Assembly: GCA_937139415.1 (NCBI GenBank)
Contig: CAKZPS010000055.1
Span: 2,647-66,646 of the forward strand
DNA length: 64,000 nt
Source: an uncultured bacterium
Lineage (GTDB): Bacteria; Atribacterota; Atribacteria; Atribacterales; Caldatribacteriaceae
Reading direction: 5' to 3'
Of this stretch, positions 50,945 to 59,527 are shown piece after piece. The notes under the pieces are model-generated. The model saw only the letters and a program-made list of their open reading frames with translations, was not told the origin of the DNA and made no database searches. Made by a program: the position numbers and the translations under genes. How positions within the stretch are numbered: position 1 is the stretch's first letter; each line of letters opens with the position of its first letter.

Positions 50945-51901
50945 ATGAGCGGTAGGAATTTCGTCGTTTCTTTCTGCCTTATATGTTTCATAACTCTGGG
51001 AATTTCCTTGGGTCATGCAGAAGAGGTTCTTTCCCCTTTTCCCAATAGTTCTTTCTGGGAGAAGGGGAACATTCGCCTTCACTATCGATTGTGGTTCCCT
51101 TATACCCCAAGAGTCCAAGGAAAAGTCCTCCTCCTCCACGGTTTGGGTGGTTCGACCTTTTCCTGGCGGTATGCGCAGGACTTCTTGCTCCAAGCCGGGT
51201 ATCTCGTCGTGGCCGTAGACCTTCCAGGTTTTGGGTACAGTTCACGGATCAAGAATTTTGACTACCGTCAGGAGAACCGGAGTCGCCTCTTCTGGGAATT
51301 TTTGGATGCCCTCGATAATGAATTGGGTGTCCCTTGGAGAGAGAAACCCTGGCATCTTGTGGGACATTCCATGGGGGGACAAACGGCCTTCTTCATGGGC
51401 ATGGAACGCCCTGAGAGAACCGAGAGCATCGTTTTCGTCGCTACACCGTTTCGGAGTGCCTCACCGGACCTCTTTCGGCTGATCAACTCCTGTTCCCTTC
51501 TTCGAGGAGTAGTGGCGACTCTCTTGCGTCGTTCATTGAGATCCTCCCGCGTGAAGCGTCTTTTAACCTCTGCTTATGGGCGTAAACCCACCTAAGAAGA
51601 AGTGGAAGGGTACCTGCTTCCCTTGAAAATCAAATGTACCGCACGAAGCCTCCTTGACCTTTCCCGGGCTCCGGCGAGCTCTCTTGCCCGATTTCAGGGG
51701 AAATTCCATCCTCCCCTTTTCGCCATTTGGGGGAGAAAAGACCGTTTGGTATCGGTGAAACAGGCGCAAAAAATCGCGCGAACTTTCCCTCGAGCTGTCC
51801 TTTCTTTCCTCGAAGAGGCAGCGCATTGTCCCATGGAAACCCACCCAAGTGTCTTTTATCCCTTACTCGTTAGCTTCCTGCGCGAGAAAAGAGGCGAATG
51901 A
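50945..51901 (+). pseudogene. Alpha/beta-fold hydrolase interrupted by one in-frame TAA
   Basis: ORFs 50945-51595 and 51602-51901 share one frame, separated only by TAA at 51593-51595 (..YGRKPT*EEVEGYLLPL..). Signal peptide, HGLGGS, and nucleophile elbow GHSMGG lie in the first part. The catalytic His region (AAHCPMETHP) lies in the second part. Confidence 0.75.
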
Positions 51902-53567
51902 ATTGCGAGAGGGTCTTTTCCGGGTCATCTTTGAGGAGGATGGTGAAAACCCTTCTCCCCCTCTTAAGCAACGCCTCCCTATCTCCCAATGCTTGTGCCT
52001 TTTTGAGCAAAGCAAAAGTCATGTCTTCTCCGGGAATGAGAAGGTCATTTCCGTTTTCACTCACAAGCTGGAAGAAGATACCTCTCCCTGCGTCTCCTTT
52101 GTGGAGTTGTCCGGTAGAGTGGAGGAAGCGCGGTCCGTATCCTAAGGTCACCGCACAGTGGGTCTTTCTCCGGAGCCAGGAAATAAAGTGAGACAATTCT
52201 CGGTCCACTTGTTCCGAGTAGGGAAGGAAAGCCTGCACGGCAAGGTATCCGTTCGCAGGAAGGGAGGAGAGGAACTGGAAGAAGGCGTCTTTAAGGGAAG
52301 CACCGAGAGAAGGAGTGGTAAACCACTCTATGGTCTCTTCACGGAAAACTTGCTCGGGAAGGTCAAGGGTTTCTTCGCCCTTTTCTCGGTAAGTTTCAAT
52401 TCTCTTTTTGGTGAGGACTTTGGTGGTCTCGACATTCGGCTGATCAAAGGGATTGATACGGAGGAAGAACCCGCTCACTGCAGTGGCCAATTCCCAGATG
52501 AACATTTCTTCACCGAGGTCGTAAGTATTAGATAAGGTCCTGAAATAGAAGGGAATCCCTTCTTGGGAAATTCTCTCTCGGAACGCTCTCAGGGAGGAAT
52601 GGTCTTCTCCCTCGAGAAAGACAAACCATCGATCCGGTCCATAAGTTTCCCATCTCTCTGGGGAAACCTCAAGAACCGGTAGAATTCCTCGTCCGTCTTT
52701 GCCAGTACTTTCGGCGACCAGTTGCTCAACCCAGTCACCAAAACTCTTAAGATGAGGGGGGTGGAAGAACATAGTCAATTTGTCTCTCTCTTGAGCCGCC
52801 AACGTTCCCATCATAGCACCAAGAAGAGCCCCCCGATTTTCTTCAACGGGGAGCCCAGGAGCACAACGGGCCATGCCTTGTGCGGCTGATTCCAAAAGAC
52901 GATGGAGATCGACTCCAGCCAGGGCCGCAGGAACTAAACCAAAGAGCGAAAAGGCAGAGTACCGCCCCCCGATGTGAGGATTATTGAGAAAAACCTTGCG
53001 AAACCGATGGCGTTGCGCCAAGTCAACCAAGGAACTCTGGGGATCGGTAATGGCGATAAAGTGTTCTCCTGCCTTGTCGGGACCTATTTCTTTTTCAAGG
53101 AGAGAGAAAAAGTGACGAAAGAGCACTAAGGTTTCCAATGTACCACCAGACTTCGTCGACACAACGTAGAGTGTTCTCTTCCTTTGGGCTTCCTCGGTAT
53201 AGTGACGAATCGTTCTCGGATCAGTGGTATCTACAATGAAAAGAGGCAATCCATCCTTTTTATCGAGAATCTTGGCAAAAAACTCAGGCGCAAGACTCGA
53301 ACCTCCCATACCTAAGAGAATGACCTGTTCAAAACCATCACCACGAATTTCCTCTCCAAAATGCGCAAGCTCGGGAAGCCGAGGTTTCATCTCCCCAATC
53401 GTAGAAAGCCAATCCAAGCGGTTAGAGATTTCCTCTGGGTGGTTTTTCCATACGGTATAATCCTTTGCCCAGATTCGCTCAATGACGCGTTTTTCAACCA
53501 GTTCTTGCAATGAAGATCGAATTTCCTTTTCGTATTTTCCGAAAAAGAAGGTAAAATCTGACTTCAC
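51870..53567 (-). CDS. pgi: Glucose-6-phosphate isomerase
   Basis: SIS-domain motifs GMGGSSL and VSTKSGGTLET, and PGI-wide homology. GTG 53567 lies 5 nt after GAGGAGGT, which supports this start over the ORF-track ATG 53669. Confidence 0.88.
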   Translation of the reverse strand: MKSDFTFFFGKYEKEIRSSLQELVEKRVIERIWAKDYTVWKNHPEEISNRLDWLSTIGEMKPRLPELAHFGEEIRGDGFEQVILLGMGGSSLAPEFFAKILDKKDGLPLFIVDTTDPRTIRHYTEEAQRKRTLYVVSTKSGGTLETLVLFRHFFSLLEKEIGPDKAGEHFIAITDPQSSLVDLAQRHRFRKVFLNNPHIGGRYSAFSLFGLVPAALAGVDLHRLLESAAQGMARCAPGLPVEENRGALLGAMMGTLAAQERDKLTMFFHPPHLKSFGDWVEQLVAESTGKDGRGILPVLEVSPERWETYGPDRWFVFLEGEDHSSLRAFRERISQEGIPFYFRTLSNTYDLGEEMFIWELATAVSGFFLRINPFDQPNVETTKVLTKKRIETYREKGEETLDLPEQVFREETIEWFTTPSLGASLKDAFFQFLSSLPANGYLAVQAFLPYSEQVDRELSHFISWLRRKTHCAVTLGYGPRFLHSTGQLHKGDAGRGIFFQLVSENGNDLLIPGEDMTFALLKKAQALGDREALLKRGRRVFTILLKDDPEKTLSQFIRLFSRAGS

Positions 53568-53601
53568 AGCGTACCTCCTCGTAGGTAGGAATTTTGTTAT
53601 C

Positions 53602-53610
53602 ATCTTACCA
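53602..53610 (-). promoter_or_regulatory. Candidate extended -10 (TGgTAAGAT) for pgi
   Basis: The minus strand reads tatATGGTAAGATgat. This is the same nonamer as upstream of gap, about 35 nt upstream of GTG 53567. Confidence 0.4.
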
Positions 53611-53662
53611 TATAGGAGGGAGAAAAACGGAGTGAGAGAAGCGGAGGCTTTTGAGATTTTCG

Positions 53663-53691
53663 TTGACACCCCGAGAAAAACAATATATCAT
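53663..53691 (+). promoter_or_regulatory. Candidate sigma70 promoter for the amino-acid ABC operon (TTGACA-17-TATCAT)
   Basis: Consensus TTGACA at 53663-53668, an exact 17-nt spacer, and TATCAT at 53686-53691. About 24 nt upstream of GTG 53715. Confidence 0.6.
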
Positions 53692-53714
53692 TCCAGAAAA
53701 AAGGGGATGAAAGC

Positions 53715-54482
53715 GTGAAGCGGGTAAGCCTATTTCTTGTTCTGACACTCTCTTTTGTATTCTTGGTGAGTGGTGCAGTCTGTGCTTCTACCTTACAAGA
53801 CATTAAAGCACGGGGACAGCTCATCATTGGGACCGATGCCACATATCCTCCCATGGAATTTCGTGATGAAAAGGGAGAAATTGTGGGTTTTGATATTGAC
53901 TTAGGAAGGGCCATTGCCGAGGAATTAGGAGTTGAAGCGGTTTTTATCGATACTGCTTGGGATGGTATATTCCCAGCCCTCGATGCCAAGAAATTTGACA
54001 TCATCATCTCTTCTACTTCCATCACCGAGGAACGCCTGAAGTCGAAAGCGATGAGCGATCCCTATTACGTGACTTCCCAGGCGATTGCGGTGAGGAAAGA
54101 CAATCAGTCGATCCAAAAATTGGATGACTTGGTAGGCAAAGTGGTTGCAGTTCAAATTGGTACTACCGGTGACTTAGCAGTCAGTGAAATACCTGGCGTA
54201 GAGGTAAAACGGTTTGACACCATCGATAAAGCCTATATGGAAGTCATGAATAGGAGAGCCGATGCAGTGGTGAACGATCTCTCTGAAGTATCGTATCGAA
54301 TGAAGATGCTTCCTGACATGAAAATTGTTGCTACTTTCCGAGAAGGAGAAGATAAGTACGGTGTTACTATGCGTTTAGGAGATAATGATCTTCTTGAAGC
54401 GATTAATCAAGCCCTGCGGCGTATTAAGGAATCCGGAAAGTATGACGAGATCTATCGTAAGTGGTTCGGAGAGGTCAAATAG
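53715..54482 (+). CDS. Polar amino-acid ABC transporter substrate-binding protein
   Basis: 255 aa with a GTG start, a signal peptide, and a family-3 SBP pattern (GTDATYPPMEF..GFDIDL..). Confidence 0.88.
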   Translation: MKRVSLFLVLTLSFVFLVSGAVCASTLQDIKARGQLIIGTDATYPPMEFRDEKGEIVGFDIDLGRAIAEELGVEAVFIDTAWDGIFPALDAKKFDIIISSTSITEERLKSKAMSDPYYVTSQAIAVRKDNQSIQKLDDLVGKVVAVQIGTTGDLAVSEIPGVEVKRFDTIDKAYMEVMNRRADAVVNDLSEVSYRMKMLPDMKIVATFREGEDKYGVTMRLGDNDLLEAINQALRRIKESGKYDEIYRKWFGEVK

Positions 54483-54500
54483 CAAGAGGAGGCTTTGAGT

Positions 54501-55157
54501 TTGCAATTTGACTTTTTGGCCCTCTACCGGGCTATTCCAGCACTTGTCTTTGGAGCAAGCATGACGCTCCGAGTTACAGTACTTTCTATTATTCTTGGTC
54601 TTCTCATAGGCCTGGTTGCCGGTTTAGCCAAGGTATGGCCAAACCGAATCCTGCGAATCATTGCCTCAGCATACATTGAGTTAGTTCGTGGCACTCCGCT
54701 CCTCGTACAAATTTTTCTCGTCTATTTTGGCTTACCCGCCTTAGGACTCAACTTAGACCCTTTTATCGCCGGGGTCATTGCCATGGGTATTAATAGTGGA
54801 GCCTATGTGGGGGAAATTGTACGAGGAGGTATTGATTCAATTGCCCTAGGTCAAATGGAAGCAGCCCGCTCCTTAGGAATGACCTGGTGGCAGGCGATGT
54901 ACTACGTCATTCTTCCTCAAGCCTTCGTGCGTATTTTACCTCCTCTGGGTAACGAGTTCATCGCTCTGTTAAAAGACTCGTCCTTGGTCTCGACCATCGC
55001 GATTGCGGAGCTTACGAGAACCGGACAGATTATTATCACTCGAACCTTTAAGTCTTTCGAAATCTGGAGCGGAGTAGCGCTTTTCTACTTCGCCATGACC
55101 TACGCCATCGCTCGGGCGGTAAAACATTCTGAGGAGAGATTACGTTACAGTGAATAA
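54501..55157 (+). CDS. Polar amino-acid ABC transporter permease
   Basis: HisM/GlnP-type permease ([18 protein letters not shown]; EAA-like EAARSLGM). TTG 54501 lies 8 nt after GAGGAGG. The ORF-track TTG 54495 lies only 2 nt after it. Confidence 0.88.
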   Translation: MQFDFLALYRAIPALVFGASMTLRVTVLSIILGLLIGLVAGLAKVWPNRILRIIASAYIELVRGTPLLVQIFLVYFGLPALGLNLDPFIAGVIAMGINSGAYVGEIVRGGIDSIALGQMEAARSLGMTWWQAMYYVILPQAFVRILPPLGNEFIALLKDSSLVSTIAIAELTRTGQIIITRTFKSFEIWSGVALFYFAMTYAIARAVKHSEERLRYSE

Positions 55158-55890
55158 GTGGATTGTGGAAGTAAAAAAACTCAACAAATACTTTGGGAAA
55201 CATCATGTTCTCAAGGACATTGACTTTCACGTTTCCTACGGAGAAGTTGTTGCCATCATTGGTGCTTCAGGCTCAGGGAAAAGCACTCTCTTGCGTTGCC
55301 TCAACGGATTAGAGCCTATTCAAAGTGGTGAGGTCATTGTAGATGGGGTACGAGTCAACGGGAGAGAAGTCGATTTGAATAAATTGAGACAATCTATCGG
55401 GATGATCTTTCAGAGTTTCAACCTCTTTCCCCATATGACGGTGCTTAACAATATAACCCTTGCTCCCCAAAAGGTCAAAAAGTTGCCCCGTAAGGAAGCC
55501 GAAGAATTGGCCTTAACCCTCCTTGGGAAAGTAGGTTTAAAAGATAAAGCACATATGTATCCTTCTCAATTATCGGGAGGACAGAAACAGCGAGTTGCCA
55601 TAGCTCGATCACTCGCCATGAATCCCAAAGTGATGATGTTCGACGAACCTACCTCCGCGCTTGATCCGGAAACGGTCAACGACGTTTTAGATGTAATGAA
55701 GGAATTAGCGGAAGAGGGCATGACCATGATCGTGGTGACCCACGAAATGGGATTTGCTCGAGAGGTTTCCAATCGGATAATATACCTTGACGATGGGAAA
55801 ATCGTGGAGGAAGGAACCCCCGAAGAAATTTTTTACCGTCCTCGCAATCCGAGAACTCGAGAATTCTTAAGTAAAATCATTAGCGTTTGA
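55150..55890 (+). CDS. Polar amino-acid ABC transporter ATP-binding protein
   Basis: Walker [10 protein letters not shown], signature [14 protein letters not shown], Walker [12 protein letters not shown]. GlnQ/ArtP-like. Confidence 0.93.
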   Translation: MNKWIVEVKKLNKYFGKHHVLKDIDFHVSYGEVVAIIGASGSGKSTLLRCLNGLEPIQSGEVIVDGVRVNGREVDLNKLRQSIGMIFQSFNLFPHMTVLNNITLAPQKVKKLPRKEAEELALTLLGKVGLKDKAHMYPSQLSGGQKQRVAIARSLAMNPKVMMFDEPTSALDPETVNDVLDVMKELAEEGMTMIVVTHEMGFAREVSNRIIYLDDGKIVEEGTPEEIFYRPRNPRTREFLSKIISV

Positions 55891-55901
55891 GGTTAAAGAT
55901 C

Positions 55902-57197
55902 ATGGAAACGAAAGAAACGATCGCCATTGGTGTGATAGGTTTTGGAACCGTCGGATCGGGAACTCTCAAAGTCCTGTGGGAACGACAAACAGAAATCGAA
56001 CGAGAGCTCCACATGAGTATTCAGGTCAAAAAGGTCGTGGATCAAGATTGGTCTCGGGAACGAAAAATTTTCATTCCTCCAACCATGAAAAGTACCGACC
56101 CACAGGAGGTGATCGAGGATCCGGAAATTGATATCGTCGTTGAAGCTATTGGAGGTATTTCACCTGCCTTCGAGTACGTCTCTCAGGCTCTCCAACGAGG
56201 GAAAAGTGCAGTGACTCCTAATAAGGAACTCATCGCTAAAAAGGGCGGAGAGCTCTTAGAAATTGCCCGTCAAAACCGGGTGGATCTTTTCTTCGAAGGT
56301 GCGGTGGGCGGTGGAATTCCCATCATCCACGCCTTGAAAGAACAATTAGTAGGAGATGACATCGAGGAAGTTATTGGAATTGTCAATGGTACTACCAATT
56401 TCATTCTCTCCGCAATGTCCCTCTACAAATTATCTTACCAAAATGCCTTAGAGGAAGCTCAGAGGAGGGGATACGCCGAAGCAGTTCCCACCATGGATGT
56501 AGAAGCCTTTGATGCAGCATATAAATTGGCCATTCTTGCTTCATTGTGCTTTCACACCAAGGTTGACGTAGAAAAAGTATTCCGCGAAGGAATTACTCGC
56601 ATCATTCCCGAGGACATTGAATTTGCCAACGAATTGGGTTTTGTTATAAAATTGTTAGCGATCTCAAAAAAGGTTAATGGACAAATTGAATTGCGTGTTC
56701 ACCCGGTTCTCCTTCCTGTAGAACATCCCTTAGCCACCGTTAACGGAGTAGAAAACGCCGTGTATGTAAAATCGAAGACCCGTACCTTAACTTTTCGTGG
56801 ACCCGGAGCAGGGGGAGAGGCAACCGGAAGTGCGCTCCTTGGAGACATCATTGAAGCGGCGAGGAATATCCGCTTCGGTTGTAGAGGAAGGGTGGGTTGT
56901 ACGTGTACCTGTGAGCTCGCGGTACGTTTTATCGACCATTTGGTAACCCGGTATTGTGTACGCATCCTTGCTTTAGATATTCCTGGGGTTCTTGGAAAAA
57001 TCGCCACCCAATTTGGAGAAGCAGAGGTAAGTTTGCAAGCGGTGAAGCAGCCGGTGAGTACCCCGGGTAAACTCACCAACATTTACTTTCTCACTCATTG
57101 GGCATCCGAAGCCAATCTCCAACGCTCTTTAGAGCGGGTTCGTAAGCTCGAGGTCGTCCGGGACGCGTATGCTATCCGAGTAGAAGAAGGAAGTTAA
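55902..57197 (+). CDS. hom: Homoserine dehydrogenase
   Basis: NAD-binding GVIGFGTVGSG, a catalytic domain, and a C-terminal ACT domain. ATG 55902 is preferred over the ORF-track TTG 55887. Confidence 0.9.
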   Translation: METKETIAIGVIGFGTVGSGTLKVLWERQTEIERELHMSIQVKKVVDQDWSRERKIFIPPTMKSTDPQEVIEDPEIDIVVEAIGGISPAFEYVSQALQRGKSAVTPNKELIAKKGGELLEIARQNRVDLFFEGAVGGGIPIIHALKEQLVGDDIEEVIGIVNGTTNFILSAMSLYKLSYQNALEEAQRRGYAEAVPTMDVEAFDAAYKLAILASLCFHTKVDVEKVFREGITRIIPEDIEFANELGFVIKLLAISKKVNGQIELRVHPVLLPVEHPLATVNGVENAVYVKSKTRTLTFRGPGAGGEATGSALLGDIIEAARNIRFGCRGRVGCTCTCELAVRFIDHLVTRYCVRILALDIPGVLGKIATQFGEAEVSLQAVKQPVSTPGKLTNIYFLTHWASEANLQRSLERVRKLEVVRDAYAIRVEEGS

Positions 57198-57223
57198 CCT
57201 GGTATAAGAAAGGGGATGAGGGT

Positions 57224-57538
57224 TTGGAAAGGGAGGAAATGAGAACTATTTTGACTTGTCTCCGCTGTCAGAAAGAAACTCCTCACCGAGTACTCTACCA
57301 AGCGGGTCTTGTGCGAACGATTCAATGCGAAGAGTGCGGTTTGGAAGTAAGTTTTGATCATGTCAAACTTTTTGCCCTCTATGGAGAGGATTTGGTAAAA
57401 AGGGTGCTCACCAAACCCCTTCGCCTAAGCGAGGAGTACGAAAAAGATCTTTTTGCTTTTGTCAGTAGCATTCCTTTCCGTATCATTACGAAACCCTACC
57501 GCCTCCTCAAGGAACTCGAATCTTTACAAGACGATTAA
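57224..57538 (+). CDS. Hypothetical zinc-ribbon protein
   Basis: About 100 aa. CLRC...(17 aa)...CEEC four-Cys ribbon near the N-terminus. Start is either TTG 57224 or ATG 57239. No family recognised. Confidence 0.5.
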   Translation: MEREEMRTILTCLRCQKETPHRVLYQAGLVRTIQCEECGLEVSFDHVKLFALYGEDLVKRVLTKPLRLSEEYEKDLFAFVSSIPFRIITKPYRLLKELESLQDD

Positions 57539-58314
57539 AAGCTCCCTTGACACTTTCCGCAAAAAACATCTTCGTTCCCACTCGCCTCTAATCGTTCTCC
57601 CGGCGCAAGAATCACAAACCTCTCCTCGTCCCAGTTCCCGGACAAGAGATCACCCAATAACCTTGGATCACCAGAAACACTGTGATAATGCCATCCCAAA
57701 TAGTGGGCACATTCTTCGGTAAATCTTTGATATCGCTTATCGACGGGAAACCCCCATCCTACGTAGATAGCCCAAGAATACTCCTTTTGCCAGTTATTCT
57801 CTAATTGCATAAGGTATTCTGTATTTTCGGTCCCGTACTTCTCGAGATAAGTTTGATAAATGAGTTCTCGGCGTTCTTTCCCTGGCTGGAGAGAATGTTC
57901 AATCCAACCGGTAGAGTACCAGTAAATACCCCGATAATTTTCGATGTAGTATTGATATACTTGACGAGAACCCAAAAGGAGGGTAATGCAGTCGTGGGCT
58001 CGAGGAATAACCAAAGGATAGCGAGGCGAAACAATTCCCTCTGTGCCACGACTACAGAGACCATAAGCGAGTACGATAGCATCATAATCATACTCACACT
58101 CGACTCCCGCGTCTCTATAAGTAAAAACTTGTTTTTGGGTTTCCAAAATCCGTTCTTGTAAAGATTTTTGTAATTTCTGCGGTGTAGTATGGAGACCAAA
58201 GGGGAGGAATTCGATATCACAAAAGCTTTCCACCTGGGAGAGGAGAAAAGACAATTCTCGTCGTAAGACCGGACAGGCAAATACTTTCAATCTCTTCTCG
58301 ACTATTCTATGCAA
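57535..58314 (-). CDS. DUF1638 domain protein
   Basis: 259 aa. TTG start lies about 8 nt after GGAGGG. The pattern ...FACPVLRREL...LPFGLHTTPQKL...YDAIVLAYGLCSRG...IPRAHDCITLLLGS fits my recollection of DUF1638. Confidence 0.5.
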   Translation of the reverse strand: MHRIVEKRLKVFACPVLRRELSFLLSQVESFCDIEFLPFGLHTTPQKLQKSLQERILETQKQVFTYRDAGVECEYDYDAIVLAYGLCSRGTEGIVSPRYPLVIPRAHDCITLLLGSRQVYQYYIENYRGIYWYSTGWIEHSLQPGKERRELIYQTYLEKYGTENTEYLMQLENNWQKEYSWAIYVGWGFPVDKRYQRFTEECAHYLGWHYHSVSGDPRLLGDLLSGNWDEERFVILAPGERLEASGNEDVFCGKCQGSF

Positions 58315-58446
58315 GACAAACCCTCCAATAATTTTTTAATCACTATTCATTTTACCTTATGGTAGGGCGAAATGGATTCCCCCCTTTCTTGCGAGGGGGA
58401 CAATTCTCTGTTACCCTAAGAGAGAATCGAGAAAGGAGGTAACCAA

Positions 58447-59256
58447 GTGATTTTGTGTGACTACCACATCCACACTCCCCGTTGTGGAGACAGCGAAGGC
58501 GATTATGAAGAGTACATTGAGGAGGCTCTCCGCAAGAATTTATCGGAAATTGGCTTTTCCGGTCATTCACCGCAATATTTCCTCTCCAAAGAGCTTCGCA
58601 AAAGGGAGTCTGCCATTCCTGAGGAAGAGCTCGAGCTCTATATCCATGAAGTAGAAACGCTTCAAGCGAAGTATCGCCAAAGTATAACCATTCGTATAGG
58701 ATTGGAGGTTGATTTCATCCCCGGAAAAGAAGACGACCTTTTACCGATCATTCAAATTCATTCTTGGGACTATCTCCTCCTTTCGGTACACTATCTCGAT
58801 GGATGGGCCTTTGATCATCCCAAATACATCAGTCGTTACCAAGAAGAAAATATCAATGAAATCTATCGTCGATACTACCGAACTCTCAAGGCAGGAGTAG
58901 AAACTGGTTTTTTCGATATTGTTGCTCACTTCGATCTCCCCAAAAAATTCGGTTTTGTGCCTACTGAACCTATTGAGGAGGAAGAAGAGGTTCTCCAAGC
59001 TTGCCAAAAAAAGGATATGGTATTAGAGGTTAATACCGCCGGATTCTATAAACCAATCGGAGAGGCTTATCCTTCTTTTCCTATTCTCCAAAAAGCACAA
59101 AGTATCGGTTTAAAAATATGTTTGGGTTCTGATGCCCATAAGCCCTTGAGCGTTGGACAAAGTTTCGATCAGGCTCTCAATATGATTAGAAAAGCCGGCT
59201 TCCAATCCTTAACCGCTTTCAAAAAGCGCGAAAAAATACCCTATCCTATTCCCTGA
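58447..59256 (+). CDS. Histidinol-phosphatase, PHP (HisJ/HisK) family
   Basis: GTG start after GAAAGGAGG. PHP metal motifs (CDYHIHT, GFSGHSP, SVHY, AHFD, GSDAH). Confidence 0.85.
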   Translation: MILCDYHIHTPRCGDSEGDYEEYIEEALRKNLSEIGFSGHSPQYFLSKELRKRESAIPEEELELYIHEVETLQAKYRQSITIRIGLEVDFIPGKEDDLLPIIQIHSWDYLLLSVHYLDGWAFDHPKYISRYQEENINEIYRRYYRTLKAGVETGFFDIVAHFDLPKKFGFVPTEPIEEEEEVLQACQKKDMVLEVNTAGFYKPIGEAYPSFPILQKAQSIGLKICLGSDAHKPLSVGQSFDQALNMIRKAGFQSLTAFKKREKIPYPIP

Positions 59257-59264
59257 GGTGAATC

Positions 59265-59426
59265 TTGCGCATTCTGACCACCATGATTTTTATCGTTATC
59301 GCCACTCCTTTCCTCTATCTTGTCCTCCTCCGCAGGAATCCTCAATCCTTTTGGGTACGTCACTTCATTTGGATTGTAATCCTTATGCTCCTTATCACTT
59401 TCATAGAAGGATTACGCAAAAAATAG
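59265..59426 (+). CDS. Candidate small membrane protein (53 codons; absent from the supplied ORF track, whose shortest listed ORF is 60 aa)
   Basis: TTG 59265 lies 4 nt after GAGGTG (59255-59260). There is an in-frame ATG at 59283. Encodes (M)RILTTMIFIVIATPFLYLVLLRRNPQSFWVRHFIWIVILMLLITFIEGLRKK, two hydrophobic helices with a basic loop and tail. TAG at 59424-59426. Confidence 0.45.
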   Translation: MRILTTMIFIVIATPFLYLVLLRRNPQSFWVRHFIWIVILMLLITFIEGLRKK

Positions 59427-59445
59427 TGCAATTTTTTGTGTCTTG

Positions 59446-59454
59446 TGGTATACT
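59446..59454 (+). promoter_or_regulatory. Candidate extended -10 promoter element (TGgTATACT) for the glpP operon
   Basis: cttgTGGTATACTgaaag lies about 22 nt upstream of the leader terminator stem. The -35 is weak. Confidence 0.45.
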
Positions 59455-59476
59455 GAAAGAGGCTTGGAGAAAAGGA

Positions 59477-59516
59477 GAAAAGCCTTCCAGATTTTTTCTG
59501 GAAGGCTTTTCTTTTT
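59477..59516 (+). terminator. Leader intrinsic terminator immediately upstream of glpP
   Basis: 15-bp perfect stem gaaaagccttccaga (59477-59491) / tctggaaggcttttc (59497-59511) with loop ttttt, then TTTTT at 59512-59516. GGAGGG SD and ATG 59528 follow directly. Confidence 0.8.
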
Positions 59517-59527
59517 GGAGGGAAAAT

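Noticed and set aside
58352-58570. 72-aa minus-strand ORF, and a 27-codon plus-strand uORF (58359-58442), in the hisJ-type 5' region.
   Set aside because: The minus ORF overlaps the confidently called PHP phosphatase start and has no SD. The uORF has no His codon run or other leader-peptide signature, and no SD.
59258-59527. N-terminal 90-codon extension of the glpP ORF in the supplied track.
   Set aside because: There is no GlpP homology. The stretch spans a promoter-like element and a perfect terminator hairpin. GlpP homology starts at ATG 59528, which has its own SD.
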